In this document: positions 36,732-49,587 of the stretch, piece by piece
Layout: every line of letters begins with the position of its first letter
Position numbering within the stretch: the stretch's first letter is position 1
NCBI RefSeq assembly: GCF_963506605.1
Contig: NC_083278.1
Coordinates: 64,666,001 to 64,730,000, forward strand
Length of the DNA stretch: 64,000 nucleotides
DNA from: Zootoca vivipara
Taxonomy: Eukaryota
Direction: 5' to 3'
Notes under the pieces: generated by a model
Told to the model about the DNA's origin: nothing
Database searches by the model: none
Seen by the model: only the letters and a program-made list of their open reading frames with translations
Made by a program: the position numbers and the translations under genes

Positions 36732-39204
36732 GTTGCACTGAAGAACAGACTACACAGCTGCAAATAAAACATTTAAATGTGTTGTAAAGTTTAATATACA
36801 AATGTAACACTAGATGCAAAATTCAACGTCTTTTTCAAAACATTTTAAAATAAAGCATTTTCACAGCGTTTTTTATATGTGTGTAGATTCCACCTAGGCC
36901 GTTTTCCTCCCACCTCAACAATCAGTAGATAATTAAAACAAGTGGGACCCTTCAGCAAGATGTTGCAGTGTTTGTAGCAGCTCCAGTCTAGCACCTTGCA
37001 CCCCAACCCGGCTGACAGCCCCATTCAACAGTCTCGGGCTCAAACAGAAGGTCAGCATTCTGAAAGGGTTGTGGGGGGGGTATTGGTATATTGGACCCAA
37101 ACTGAGCTGTATTAAATTATTTTATTTTTCCATTAATTTCCATGGATGATTCTCTCTCCCATTCGTGGGGTCATTTAAAAATAGCTTCTTGTAAAAGAAG
37201 AAGTGACCTTTTCTGACAATGAGATGGTTCTTTCTACCACATATATATATACATTTCTCCACACTCCTGTTCCAATTACTCCATTCTATTCCAACCTCTC
37301 ACCCAACTGTCAGTTTTCCCCACCTCCTTTCAGTCCTTTAACATACTGTGCCATTATGTTATTATTGGACTATTTTAGGGTACCCACCCCACTTAAGTTT
37401 CCATCCCCAGAGGTTTTTTCTTAAAAATCGTACATATCTCGAGGATATTCCCTAATCTACCCAGAGTTTTCTCTTGTATGTGGGATGGTGCAGGACACTC
37501 CTCTATTCAGTAATGTAGGTAATAATTGGAGAGTTCTGGCACAACAGACATATTTGCAGTCAGTATAGCATGTATAGATTCCATCACTATCCATTTTTTA
37601 AAGCACATTTTCAGTTTGGCAAATGGATTACTGACATTAGCAACCTCATCAGATTCTGGAATATATAAAATAACAAAATGCACTTTACTGGTATAAAGTA
37701 TACCAGTAATTCAAGTACTGTACTTATTCATTTTATGTAAACATTTTATGCAAGCTTAATAAATTGGCTTAAAAAGAGAGCTATTATCTCACTTATTTGG
37801 TTTTCCATTTACTATATCTCACTTCAAAATACATGTCTACTGTCCAAATGATTATTGGCTAAGTAGGACTATGGTCTTAATTAAAATCAGAAAAGTTCAC
37901 TGAGGCCATGAGAATAGTTGAATTCCCACTGCTATGACTGAGGGCACTCTCCATTTTGCTTTGAATTTAGATTGCAGCAGAAGCTGCTTTTAACACATAT
38001 ATTTAAGTTTGAGGCATAGAAGGCTTTCCCACCTCTTTTAAAAATGGAAGCTATGATGATCAGATTCTGTGAAAGCAACCGAACAACAAAATTTGCACCA
38101 CTGCTATCTCAGCCATAGAGACATGTTGGTCTTGCAATCTTTAGGAAGACTTGGGATGCAGTGATCAATAAATACACCACCCTAGTCTACACCATGGTTT
38201 TCAGCTGGGACTTGGGACTGCTCTATTAGCTATACTTTGTTCCCATTGAAACCAGTGGAACTCAAGTCATAAATAGATCGTTCCGATGAATTCAATGGGA
38301 CCTAAGTAACTTAGTCCAGATCCAACACTATGTGTGGAACAGCTTTATACTGATATACTATATCAATATATTATATTGATATATTCTGTGCATCAAAAAT
38401 ACAAACCTGCCTCATCCTGGCCAGAACACTGGTTCCATCTAGCTCAGTATTACCTACTGACTGGCTTTCCAGGATTTCAGCCAGTAGCCTTTACCAAGTT
38501 CACCTGGCAATGACAGGGTTTGAACCCGGCACATTCTGCAGGCAAAATGCAAATTCTGTAACTGAGTCAGTTGCTGTGTAACAGAAAATGGCAGGTTCTT
38601 AGGTAAAATGCTAAGAAAGCGGAATATGAATGCTTTGTGACTGCTTAGGAGGGAACAGTTTATTTCCAGAGGATTGACAGTTGCCTAGTAAAAAGAGCAT
38701 ATATTAAGAACATGGGCAATCTGGCACAGTGTGTGCCTTGACTCATCACAATGTGGGAGGCTTTACCTCCAGTCATTCTGTAATTCCTTTCTGTGGGAAA
38801 TATGTTAGCCTAGAAGAAGAAGGAACCTTTTTTTTTTTACAAAGAGGAAGAAAGATTGCCATCATACAGACCATGCAGCTGTGGGTGGTATCCAGCTGGT
38901 GTTATCCATCAGCAGGAAAGGGAGTAGTAAGGCAATTTTATTTGCCCTGAACGCTCCCCAAAAATCTGTTCTGGAGGATTGGATAGGCCCCCAGAGCAGC
39001 TTTCAAGGGGCATGGGGAATGCATGGGAGAAGAGGAATTGCCAAAGTTTGCTTCTTTGCTCATTCCGCTGAAGGATGTGCTCCGCCAATGGAGGGGCACC
39101 ATTTTGATACCATTCTGTAAGATCTATTTATTTTTGCATTATTGGTTTGTCTATTTCCTTTATGTTTCAAAGTTACATTCAAAAATAAATCAAGATAAGC
39201 TTAC

Positions 39205-39373
39205 AATATAGTTTTGAAGAAGTAGTTCAACAGATTCTCTTCTTCCATATTTGATAATCCATGATTTTAATTTTGATTCTGCAAGGACCAAGAGTGATAG
39301 CAGACGGTATTTCAGTTCCAAGAATTCCATTTTCAGCAGATGGAGCTCAGATGTAGAGGCAACAAATTCAAAC
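39205..39373 (-). CDS. SYNE1: SYNE1 exon (~ex16) FEFVASTSELHLLKMEFLELKYRLL...LLQNYI
   Basis: 169 nt, AG/GT. Confidence 0.96.
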
Positions 39374-39741
39374 CTAGACATGAATCACACTATAGTTAAC
39401 ATTCAATTTGGAGAAAATTATGTTTTCAGGCTGCAAATGCAAAGCCTAAAGGCACATTTAATTTTACATTGTCATTTTGTATATTGCTAATTAGTAGCAA
39501 ACTAATGACTGTGTTTATTAAGTGAAGAAAATGTGACTTACTGCTCTGTACTAAACATGCTTACATCAAAGTAATTTAATTCATTTAATTCAACAGAGCT
39601 TGCTTTTTAGTAAATATATTTAAGACTGTAGTCTACATGTTTTTCATTGTCAAGTGATCTTTTCTCTACTTCTCCCATAAATATTCTCAAGGTGTTGATA
39701 CATAACATATTTCCTAATGTTCACTGACAACAAACAACCAC

Positions 39742-39789
<48 letters not shown>
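39742..39789. repeat. (TA)n(GA)n microsatellite
   Basis: Direct reading. Confidence 0.95.
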
Positions 39790-39791
<2 letters not shown>

Positions 39792-39997
39792 AAAATCCAC
39801 AGCTTATTTAATTTCAAGCTTTTATCAGTAATAGCCAGAAAAGGCTTTGCAAGATGTTTACAACAACAACAACTTGTTGTTTCCATAGACAGTAAAAGCC
39901 CACTGAAAACCTAAGATGCACCAACTTTAACTGAAAATAATTTAAATCAAACAGATCCTTTTATCACTGCAGCATTTAAGAATGAAATCTGACTTAC

Positions 39998-40110
39998 CTC
40001 TCTGCCATATCATCTAGCTGCTCTGGTGGAACAGGGACTCCATTGACTGATCGAGCTCTGTGGATCTCCTGGAATGTCTTTTTGTAACCATCTACATTTC
40101 TAAGCACATC
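39998..40110 (-). CDS. SYNE1: SYNE1 exon (~ex15) DVLRNVDGYKKTFQEIHRARSVNGVPVPPEQLDDMAER
   Basis: 113 nt, AG/GT. Confidence 0.95.
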
Positions 40111-41364
40111 CTAAATTGGATTTTTTTTTAAGGGAAAGAGAAGGCAGAAAAAGGTTCACAGTAGGCAATTTTAATAAGTACAATTTTTTAAAGCTGCACA
40201 GATGACTCAGTGTATGAGAGCATTTGATCACGCTGCCACATTTATATGCGAGGTAAAGCATTTACAGCAGCAAAAGCTTCTACAGAAGGAAAGTGCCTTG
40301 TGAGATACTGAGTCAAAGCTGTGCCTAATAATTCTGGCACATTTGAAAACAGGCAATAGAGGCACTGCCTTAAGCATTTACAGCTTGAAGGGAACATGTT
40401 GCATAAGGTATCTATCTACCAATCTATCATTTGTTGAGATAAAAATCAACAGTTGGCAGTTGTTAACATTTCATGTCTATAATTTTCCACCTCTATCCCA
40501 ACACTGCACATTTACTGCACTGCTCAAAGCACCTGAACCAATTCTTTCCCCTCTTAAAACCTACAGATTTAGATCCATCAAGTATGTTATGTATTCAATG
40601 CACAGTGAACTTTGGCACATGGAATAAGACTGATCAATAAGTATAGTCTGTGTTAGAAGCATGGGAAGCCGCTAACCCATGCTGATAAATACAAATCAGT
40701 ATAAGCCTATTAATAACTCTTCTCTGTAGTATCTAAGCAACAGGACTTCAAAGGTTTAAGGGAGATTACATATTAAAATGAATTACTGGTAATCATCACT
40801 TAAGAAATATCCAGAATGATAAGATGCTATCTGTCCTTGGGCTGCCTGAGTGTGGAGGATTTAGTGACGCACAGCCCTTATGTAAACTGACTAGCATAAG
40901 GTTGATATAGGTAAATAAGTAAGCCAACTTCAATTTTTTCACCTGTCATTCTTGTGACAAAATTACTTCAAAATACTGCTTTTCACAACCTTAACTTGGA
41001 AAAAAAATGCATCCAAGCAGATTTACAACAGTAAGGAATCAGAATGGGCTACTGCCCACCACCGCCTGAGAGCTACTGCTGCTACTGCCAACATCTCTGC
41101 CACTTCCGCCTATTGTGGCACAATGGCTACTGAACTGATGCTTCATAGATGCTTTTTAGTTTACATACTCACTGTGTATAAACATCTAACACAGCTACTT
41201 GTGCAACTGTACAATGCACTGGGCTATGTACAGTGTACTCACGATTAGCTCTCTCTCACACACGCCCACAAATACACAACATAGTACTAATAAAGACAGG
41301 CACAAGAAACAGAACACAGCTGCAAATTAAATGCCAACCTAACCCAAAAAACTAGAGCCTAAAT

Positions 41365-41499
41365 CAGGCATCCCCAAACTCCGGCCCTCCAGATGTTTTG
41401 GACTACAATTCTCATCTTCCCCGACCACTGGTACTGTTAGCTAGGGATTATGGGAGTTGTAGGCCAAAACATCTGGAGTGCCAAGGTTGAGGAAGCCTG
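41365..41499. mobile_element. hAT MITE (palindromic family)
   Basis: Perfect 8-bp TSD gcctaaat. Confidence 0.88.
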
Positions 41500-41569
41500 G
41501 CCTAAATCGTGGGGAAAGGGATGGTATAAGGGCAGTGGCACTGCCCAAGTAACTAGTAAGACTTAAAAC

Positions 41570-41933
41570 AAAAGGTAAAGGACCCCTGACAGTTAAGTCC
41601 AGTTGTGAACAACTCTGGGGTTGTGGTGCTCATCTAGCTTTACTGGCTGAGGGAGCCGACATTTGTCCGCAGACAGTTTTTCCAGGTCATGTGGCCAGCA
41701 TGACTAAGCCGCTTCTGGTGAAACCAGAGCAGCACACGGAAACACCGTTTACCTTCCCGCCAGAGCGGTACCTATTTGTCTATTTGCACTTTGACGTGCT
41801 TTCGAACTGCTAGGTTGGCAGGAGCAAGGACCAAGCAACGGGAGCTCACCCCGTCGCGGGGATTCGAACCGCCGAACTTCTGATCGGCAAGCCCTAGGCT
41901 CAGTGGTTTAGATCACAGCGCCACCCACATCCC
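41570..41933 (-). mobile_element. Sauria SINE
   Basis: TSD agtaagactta at 41555-41565 and 41936-41946. Confidence 0.9.
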
Positions 41934-42619
41934 TAAGTAAGACTTAGATGCAGACAAAACACAAATTTTATTTTATTTTATCTTATCCTATCATCTTATT
42001 TTATTTTATTGAATAAGGATGGGACTGGAATTGAGATATCAGGATGGATTTCAATGTCACACTGTGGTGAATGTCCTATCAGCACAAGCAGTGCAGCTTG
42101 TCAGGTGGAATGATCTCCCCTCCCCCCCATTCTGGGGCTTCTCCAACCCCCCGTGGGCCAATTTCTGGGGTGCCAGTGACATAGCGGAAGAGAGGGCCGG
42201 GGTGAAAGGAGCTTGCTGACAGCACTCATTAGGTGAATCCAACCCTGAGCATCTTTTGTGTGCTAGGCAAACTGACATGAGCTGACAATGAAACTGAATA
42301 TTGACTTGTGCAACATAAAACAACTGCAGCAGAACAAAAATACCAGATGAATGTGCAAATGAATATTGGAAAGGATTGAGGCATGTTTGTACATCCCTAG
42401 GTAGAGAGCAATTCTTGAAACATGCAACATTTGAAGACAACAAAAACAACAAAATGTAATGACATTTCCAAGGAGCTACAGCTGTTGATAAAGAAGCATT
42501 ATAAACCCTATAAAGTTGCAGATATAATAATTTCAGGAAGTATTTATAATTATAAAACATTTCTTTAAAAACATGCTCCATTAACTGAAAGTTATGCAAT
42601 TTAAATGAAACACTTTGAG

Positions 42620-42768
42620 GAGGTGGAAAGCTCAGTTGGCTAGAGTGCGGTCCTGACAATGCCAAGGTTGCAGGTTTGATCCCTGTAAGGGACAGCTGCA
42701 TATTCCTGCATTGCAGGGGGTTGGATTAGATGATCCTCAGGGTCCCTACCAACTCTATGATTCTATGA
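42620..42768 (+). mobile_element. tRNA-headed SINE with CR1-like 3' tail (Squam3-like)
   Basis: A/B boxes agctcagttggctagag / ggtttgatccc; ends ccaactctatgattctatga. Confidence 0.8.
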
Positions 42769-43099
42769 GATAAAGTTTGCAATCAGGAACATTTAAAATA
42801 TTTTGAGAATTATACATTCCCTTCTGGCTTGCGGTAAACTGCATGCGGTCAGCATACATGCAAAATACCAGTCATTATTTGCTCTGGATATTTCCCATAT
42901 AGGCATCAAGTCATTCCTCTCCTTCCCAGATGCCCCTATCTACAAGATGCTTATGGTCACAGCAAGGCAGGCATCATTAATCCTCCTATGCTGATGGCCT
43001 CCTAACACATGCAATGTTGTACATTTAAATAAATTTAAGGCAGCAATTTGTCAAGTCCCGCTGAACTCAACTGGACATTCTTCTCTGTAAACATGTATA

Positions 43100-44362
43100 T
43101 GTCAGAGCTGATGGGCTTCCTCTCTTCACACAATCACACGAGAGCCTCCTGGAGTTTTATGGATTTTTATTTACATTATTTACAAGCAGTCACTAGCAAG
43201 TCATGATCATTCATCAGAGTCACTCAGTTCAGATCTCTGCTGAGGTCTGCGTCTGCCTGCCCAGCATGCAAGAAAATGGGGAACTCTTCAGCTCTGTCAT
43301 TCACCCCTCCTTTTTTCTACATGTCTCACGAGAGCCGGCTTGAACCCTCCCCCTGAGTCTGAGCCAGAACTTAACCCTTGTCGTTCCTGTGAACTTCCTG
43401 GCTCTCTCTCTATAATAATAATAATTTATTATTTATACCCCGCCCATCTGGCTGGGTTTCCCCAGCCACTCTGGGTGGCTTCCAACCAAATATTAAAAAC
43501 AATACAGCATCAAACATTAAAAACTTCCCTAAACAGGGACGCCTTCAGTTGTCTTTTAAAAGTAAAATAGTTGCTTATTGCCTTGACATCTGCTGGGAGG
43601 GCGTTCCACAGGGCAGGCATCACTACCGAGAAGGCCCTCTGCCTGGTTCCCTGTAACCTCACTTCTCACAGTGAGGGAACCACCAGAAGGCCCTCGGCGC
43701 TGGATCTCAGTGTCCGGGCTGAACGATGGGGGTGGAGACGCTCCTTCAGGTATACGGGACCGAAGCCGTTCAGGGTTTTAAAGGTCAGTACCAACACTTT
43801 GAATTGTGCTTGGAAATGTACTGGGAGCCAGTGTAGATCTCTCAGGACCGGTGTTATGTGGCCCCAGCGGTCACTCCCTGTCACCAATCTAGCTGCTGTA
43901 TTTTGGATTAATTGCAGTTTCCGGGTCACCTTCAAAAGTAGCCCCATGTAGAGCGCATTGCAGTAGTCCAAGCGGGAGAAAACCAGAGCATACACCACTC
44001 TGGCGAGACAGTCTGCGGACAGGTAGGGTCTCAGCCTGCGTACCAGATGGAGTTGGTATACAGTCGCCCTGGACACAGAATTGACCTGTGCCTCCATGGA
44101 CAGCTGTGAGTCCAAAATGATTCCCAGGCTGCGCACCTGGTCCTTCAGGGGCACAGTTACCCCATTCAGGACCAGGGAGTCCCCCACACCCGCCCGCCCC
44201 CTGTCCCCCCCAAAACAGTACTTCTGTCTTGTCAGGATTCTACATCTCTTCTTGCCTGTTCCTCCAGACCAACCTCCCCTTCGGGCTCACCTCCTCCTCT
44301 TTTCCACCCCTGCATCTCCCCCTCCCTCTGGGAAACCTGACACCTCTGGCTCATCCCTGACA
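43100..44362. mobile_element. Solo LTR interrupted by an L2 insertion
   Basis: TGTCAG...CTGACA termini; 5-bp TSD gtata at 43095-43099 and 44363-44367. Confidence 0.75.
43413..44238 (-). mobile_element. L2-type LINE 3' fragment (young)
   Basis: ORF 43666..44187 SRLDYCNALY...LQLIQNTAARLV...HITPVLRDLHWLP; (TAT)n tail. Confidence 0.92.
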
Positions 44363-45833
44363 GTATAGGATTTCATTGTTAGTCACATTAGTACAGTTAA
44401 AGTAGCCTATTAAAAGTATTGGGCAGACATCCTCCAATCTTTAATATGGAATGGGACCTATTAAGCTAGATTAATTTAGAGGGCATCCACCAGATGCCCC
44501 AAATTAATCTGATTTCAAGAAGACACATTTAATCCCATGTCTAAGTTCCCCATTTCAGATCTCACCATTGCAATTCAGCATGAGAATATGGTTTCTGTGA
44601 GAGCAGAGACCTTTCCTGAGCTTGATTTTTTTTAAAAAAAGCCAAAGTACAGAATGGGGCACTAGTCAAAACAACAAGGGAGGCCAGAGCTGCAGAATCT
44701 CAGGAAGCTCTGTAGGAGCAAACTGTATATTTTGCGGAGCTATGGCAGGCTCCAGGGGGAGGGGGGTATTCAATGAAAATTGCCTCCTCCCCTGTTCTGC
44801 CACTGGGATTCCTTTGCTGGATCTGTTGACAGAAGAATCCCTTCCATTTGTGGGAGGTGAAGGCTGGTTCCATTCAACCTGATAAAATACGTTTTAATTT
44901 TAAAAAGCACATCCCATTTTCTCTTTGGTATTGACACAATATTAGTGATATTAAGTAAATGTCATTATTTACTCCTATGCAATTTTAAGCGAGCTTTCTA
45001 CAAAGGTCTTCTAATTGTTTGATCTTAATGATTTATTTTCTTATTCTTTTTGTTATTAAAATGTGCTTTGTTATTAACTGTGTGGCATCTCTTTGCAAAG
45101 TTGTAAGAAGAATTTCTTCTTTGTTATGACATAAGGCAATGTTTAATTAATTGGTTTTCCAGCTGCTGCCCTTTCTTCTTGAATGCTCTTGACATGGCAC
45201 CACTCTGGGGTGAAATGACAGTGGTTAAAGCTCCACTGTCAAGCCCCTCCCCTCTACCAAAAAGGCAGAATGAAATTAAGAAACTACCACTTGGTTGGCA
45301 GGTGGTTTCCAAAACCTTGGGAAACTTATTCCGCCTTGAAATTGCCCTATTTTTGCCCACTTATGCTCGTGTTCCTTGGTTTTGTGTTTAAGCACTTAAG
45401 ATATACATTTATTAAATAGGGATATAAACAAAGCAAGCTAATGGATGATGTTAAAGGGAACAGAGAAAGCTGGCCAATTGTTCATTTAACCAAGGGTGCT
45501 AACATATCACTCATGAAAGCAAAGTTTCATTCAGGATTCTCTTTTTATTTCAAAGAATGTAGCAAAACTAGCACAACATATTTGGGCCTCCATTCAGAAA
45601 ACATGATAGCAAAAGCTGAAAACAGTAAATGAAATGCATACCCTTCTTTTTTAAAAGTAGGATCTTTCTCCTTTTATCATGAAGAATACCAATCTATTTC
45701 AGCCTCCTTCTTTTTACTTACTTTTTGACAAAAAACCTAGCACTGCTCATGTTATCTAAATATCATCCTACACTGTGTTTTAGCAAAATGTGATAGTTTT
45801 GATATTATTATTATGAAGAATCACACTACAAAC

Positions 45834-45998
45834 CTTTTGCTGTTCAAGCTTTCTGTTTATGATGTTTGCTGTTTCCTCATGAGCTTGTTGACTGATGATT
45901 TCTTCCATAAGAGAAGTCTCTGCCCGATGAAGCCAGGCTCCAATAGTACCCAGAGGAGCAGGGAGAGATTTATCAAGGTGCAGATGCCATTCAAATAC
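45834..45998 (-). CDS. SYNE1: SYNE1 exon (~ex14) VFEWHLHLDKSLPAPLGTIGAWL...RKLEQQK
   Basis: 165 nt, AG/GT. Confidence 0.95.
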
Positions 45999-46828
45999 CT
46001 GGAAAATAGAAACATTAAGACTGTTAGTAGCATCAGCAGCATGAATAGTCTGGGGGTATTATTTGGGGATGTGTGGGGATGTAATGTATTTGACTCAAAA
46101 AACCCAGATACACATGAAAATATTGATAAATAACGATGTTGTGAACACAATGCTAACCATATGGTTTGGCTCCTCCACAACAAGCAGAGGTGTAAGCATA
46201 TTAAAAAATTCTTTATGGATAAACTGACAGTTGAATTAAACTGAGATTTTAGACAAGTGGCTAGTGTTGCCATACAATAATAAAATTTCCAGGAAATATA
46301 TATATAAAGCAATCTAGTAAGAAACTTGAAGTACCTATACCATGATACACACCACTCTGCTCCTATCAGCATTTCCAGTTCCTGAAATGTACCATCTTTC
46401 CTTCTGCACAAAAACTTCCATACCTGTTATGTACTAAGCTTGGATCCTAGAACAATAGGCAGGTAGGATCCTAGAATGCAACAATTGATTGGCCTGCGGG
46501 AGCCAATAGATAGATAGATAGAGAGAGAGAGAGAGAATCTCATACGCAGGTGAGATTTTCACTAAATGATGGTGCTGTCCAGTTAGGGTTAGGCATTCCT
46601 GCCCCGCCCCTCTCTTACCTTGTTGATTGCCACTCAACCTAGGATGGGGAACATCAGGTCAAGGGAGACTATGCGTGAGAGAGAATTTTGGCTCATGCTG
46701 GAAGCTTAGAACACAGAGACTTGTCTTGCTCTGTGCTAAACCCAATGTTATGGCTTGGGAACCTTATCAGGAGGCAAGACTTGCGGGGTGTTGATGCTAT
46801 GAGTCTCTTCATCCTATGCTCAGATTGT

Positions 46829-47408
46829 GTTGTTGTTGTTGTTTAGTTGTTTAGTCGTATCAGACTCTTCGTGACCCCATGGACCAGAGCACACCAGGCA
46901 CTCCTGTCTTCCACTGCCTCCCGCAGTTTGGTCAGACTCATGTTGGTAGCTTCAAGAACACTGTCCAACCATCTCATCCTCTGTCGTCCCCTTCTCCTTG
47001 TGCCCTCCATCTTTCCCAACATCGGGGTCTTTTCCAGGGAGTCTTCTCTTCTCATGAGGTGGCCAAAGTATTGGAGCCTCAGCTTCAGGATCTGTCCTTC
47101 CAATGAGCACTCAGGGCTGATTTCCTGAAGAATGGATAGGTTTGATCTTCTCGCAGTCCATGGGACTCTCAAGAGTCTCCTCCAGCACCAAAATTCAAAA
47201 GCATCAATTCTTTGGCGATCAGCCTTCTTTATGGTCCAGCTCTCACTTCCATACACCACTACTGGGAAAACCATAGCTTTAACTATACGGACCTTTGTCG
47301 GCAAGGTGATGTCTCTGCTTTTTGCCGACAGAGAGACAAAAATAACTCAGAGCTTCTCTGAGTTATTCAAGCCCCTTCGCCACGACAAGGCAGTGATCCA
47401 TGAAGGAG
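46829..47408 (-). mobile_element. RTE/BovB-derived element (5' tip joined to 3' end)
   Basis: ORF KVRIVKAMVFPVVVYGSESWT...WCWRRLLRVPWT; (CAA)n tail; 11-bp TSD gctcagattgt at 46818-46828 and 47409-47419. Confidence 0.92.
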
Positions 47409-47574
47409 GCTCAGATTGTATAGGTGTGCAAATAAAACTATATATCCTAAAGAGATCACGGTCTCCATTTAACTTCATTCTAAGAAAGCAAACCCAGTGA
47501 AAGTGGTGGTACCCTTGGAGTATCTCACTGCTCAGAGACTGGGATGTGTGCAACAATATTTTTTGAAAACTTAC

Positions 47575-47712
47575 CCGGGAAGTAACTCTGTCCCATGCTT
47601 GCTTCACCAGAGCTTGATCAAGAGACAGCTTGCCATCTTTCCTTAGAGACTGTATTGCAAGTTCAATCTGTTTCCTCTTTATTTCATACTGTACTCGGAA
47701 ATGTTTAAAGGA
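47575..47712 (-). CDS. SYNE1: SYNE1 exon (~ex13) SFKHFRVQYEIKRKQ...QAWDRVTSR
   Basis: 138 nt, AG/GT. Confidence 0.95.
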
Positions 47713-47876
47713 CTGCAAGGAAAACAAGAGAGCAAGGATAAAAGAAATATTGGTAAAAGAACAAATAAAGTTCCTCCCAAGCCAAAATAGAAAAGCAGAC
47801 ATAAGACATGGCAAGGACCCAATACTTTTCTGACCCATATAGGATGGGAAGCAGAACACTCAAGAAATTAATGAGA

Positions 47877-48022
47877 TGTGGGGTAGCTCAGTCAGTAGAG
47901 CATGAGCCTCTTAATCTCAGGGTCATGGGCTTGAGCCCCACGTTGGGTGAAAGATCCCTGCAAGTAGGGGGTTGGACTAGATGACCCTCATGGTCCCTTC
48001 CAAATCTACAAATCTGTGATCT
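47877..48022 (+). mobile_element. tRNA(Lys)-like-headed SINE with CR1-like tail
   Basis: tagctcagtcagtagagcatgag..ctcttaatctcagggtc head; gggttggactagatgacc tail. Confidence 0.78.
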
Positions 48023-48385
48023 GTAATGCTGGACAAACCATGCATTTGTAACAGTGCCCACTGCTAATCAAATCCTCTCTGTCATTCCTACTGCCTCTGG
48101 AAAGCTATTTGAGTTATCTGGAGGAAGCAGGGGTATGTAGACAACACCACCACCCAGCACCCTTGTGCATCTGTTATGATACCAGCATTCTGGGGCCCCA
48201 TGGATCACCTTTTCCAAATCTGAAAGCTCTAAGCAGCAGTAAGCTTCTGGGCTGAATTCAAAGTGCTGGTTTGGACCTATTGTGCCAGACAAAAGCATTT
48301 ACTTTCAGCCAGGCTTTAACTTGGATAGTTTTAGGTACTGTTCCCTCCTTTAGTGGGTGGGGTGTACTATGCTGCCTTTTATGTA

Positions 48386-48604
48386 CAGCGGTACCTCGAT
48401 TTACAATCGCTGTGGTTTGCGATCGATCGGTTTGTGAACGCCGCGGACCCAGAAGTGCTTACATCTGGGTTCCGCGGTGCGCGGATGCGCAAAAGCGCTC
48501 TATTGGCGCTTCATGCACGCACAGAAGAGGCACTCCGTTTACGGACTGCTTGGGGAGCAACTGGCCCCCGGAACCAATTGCATCCGTAAACTGAGGTACC
48601 ACTG
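48386..48604. mobile_element. Tigger/pogo-like MITE
   Basis: TA|cagcggtacctcg...tgaggtaccactg|TA. Confidence 0.82.
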
Positions 48605-48662
48605 TATATGAACATTTTAAGCTTTTGTTCTGCTTTAGTTTTAAATCAGCTTTGTAACCAGA

Positions 48663-48719
48663 TAGTAGTAGTAGTAGTAGTAGTAGTAGTAAGACGACGA
48701 CGACGACGACAACAACAAC
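48663..48719. repeat. Compound (TAG)n(GAC)n(AAC)n trinucleotide repeat
   Basis: Direct reading. Confidence 0.9.
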
Positions 48720-49266
48720 TTTGGTTCAGCTGCCTGCCTGCTTGAAACACAGTTACTGCCTTCTACCACCAAGCGCAGCAGGGTCTATAAACAGAGGAAG
48801 AGATCCACCACAGGGCTCTCTGCCAAGGAGTACCTCAAACCTGAAACCAGTCCTGCAGAGACAGTGGTGAGGGCTTGTTCTACACTGAAGGTGTTGTGGT
48901 ACATTTGTAGGCCTCTAGTTCTTCACAGTTCATTGATTATATAATTGAAATGTGCTTTTGCACTATGCTGGCTAAATCTGAAATTAATCTTGGAGATTTG
49001 GTAACATATGTGGCAGGGTCAGATCACATGTAAACCTGAGTATGTGTGTCTGTCCACCTGCCACATGAATGGCTTTCATCATTTTTAACTGACTAAGTCT
49101 GAAATGTCCCCTTTTTTCCCCTCCCCCAACAAACTCACATCAAGGGAGGATTGTGAAAGTTTGGCTAGTGTAAGCTAACCACATGCATAATGCTTGCTTC
49201 AATGAATCATTATTTTTTTAAAATCAAATGTTTGATTTTTTTAACAAAAAACCTCCCCACTCTTAC

Positions 49267-49374
49267 CTGGTACTTCTCCTGCAAGCTTGCTTCCACCGTT
49301 TGTGCTCTTGTCAAGTCTCTTTCAAATTGTTCTACCCATATTTTCAGGTCTCTTAGCATTAGTCTGTCCTCTCT
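49267..49374 (-). CDS. SYNE1: SYNE1 exon (~ex12) REDRLMLRDLKIWVEQFERDLTRAQTVEASLQEKYQ
   Basis: 108 nt, AG/GT. Confidence 0.95.
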
Positions 49375-49587
49375 CTGTGACAGGTAAAAATAAATAGGCC
49401 AAATGAAAACCACAACTTGTTTAAGATGTAAGACTGTGTGTGCTATAAATTGTGTTATCATGCAAAACCAGTTTCACATTTTCCAAGTATGTATACAGCT
49501 TTCACTCTAATTTTATGTTGTGAACTGCCCTGAGATATATAGATATGGGGTGGTATACAAATAATTTCTTAGTTTCCTCATATCATA

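Noticed and set aside
42620-42690. Possible tRNA genes (also 47877-47950 and the Sauria SINE heads)
   Set aside because: Degenerate stems followed by LINE-derived tails; these are SINE heads, not tRNA genes.
42057-42701. 214-aa minus-strand ORF
   Set aside because: Starts in an antisense SINE and runs through low-complexity intron; no homology or coding-like composition.
49369-49376. Tandem AG acceptors (cag|AG AG AG) at ex12
   Set aside because: The proximal CAG gives the expected 108 nt; alternative use cannot be supported without reads.
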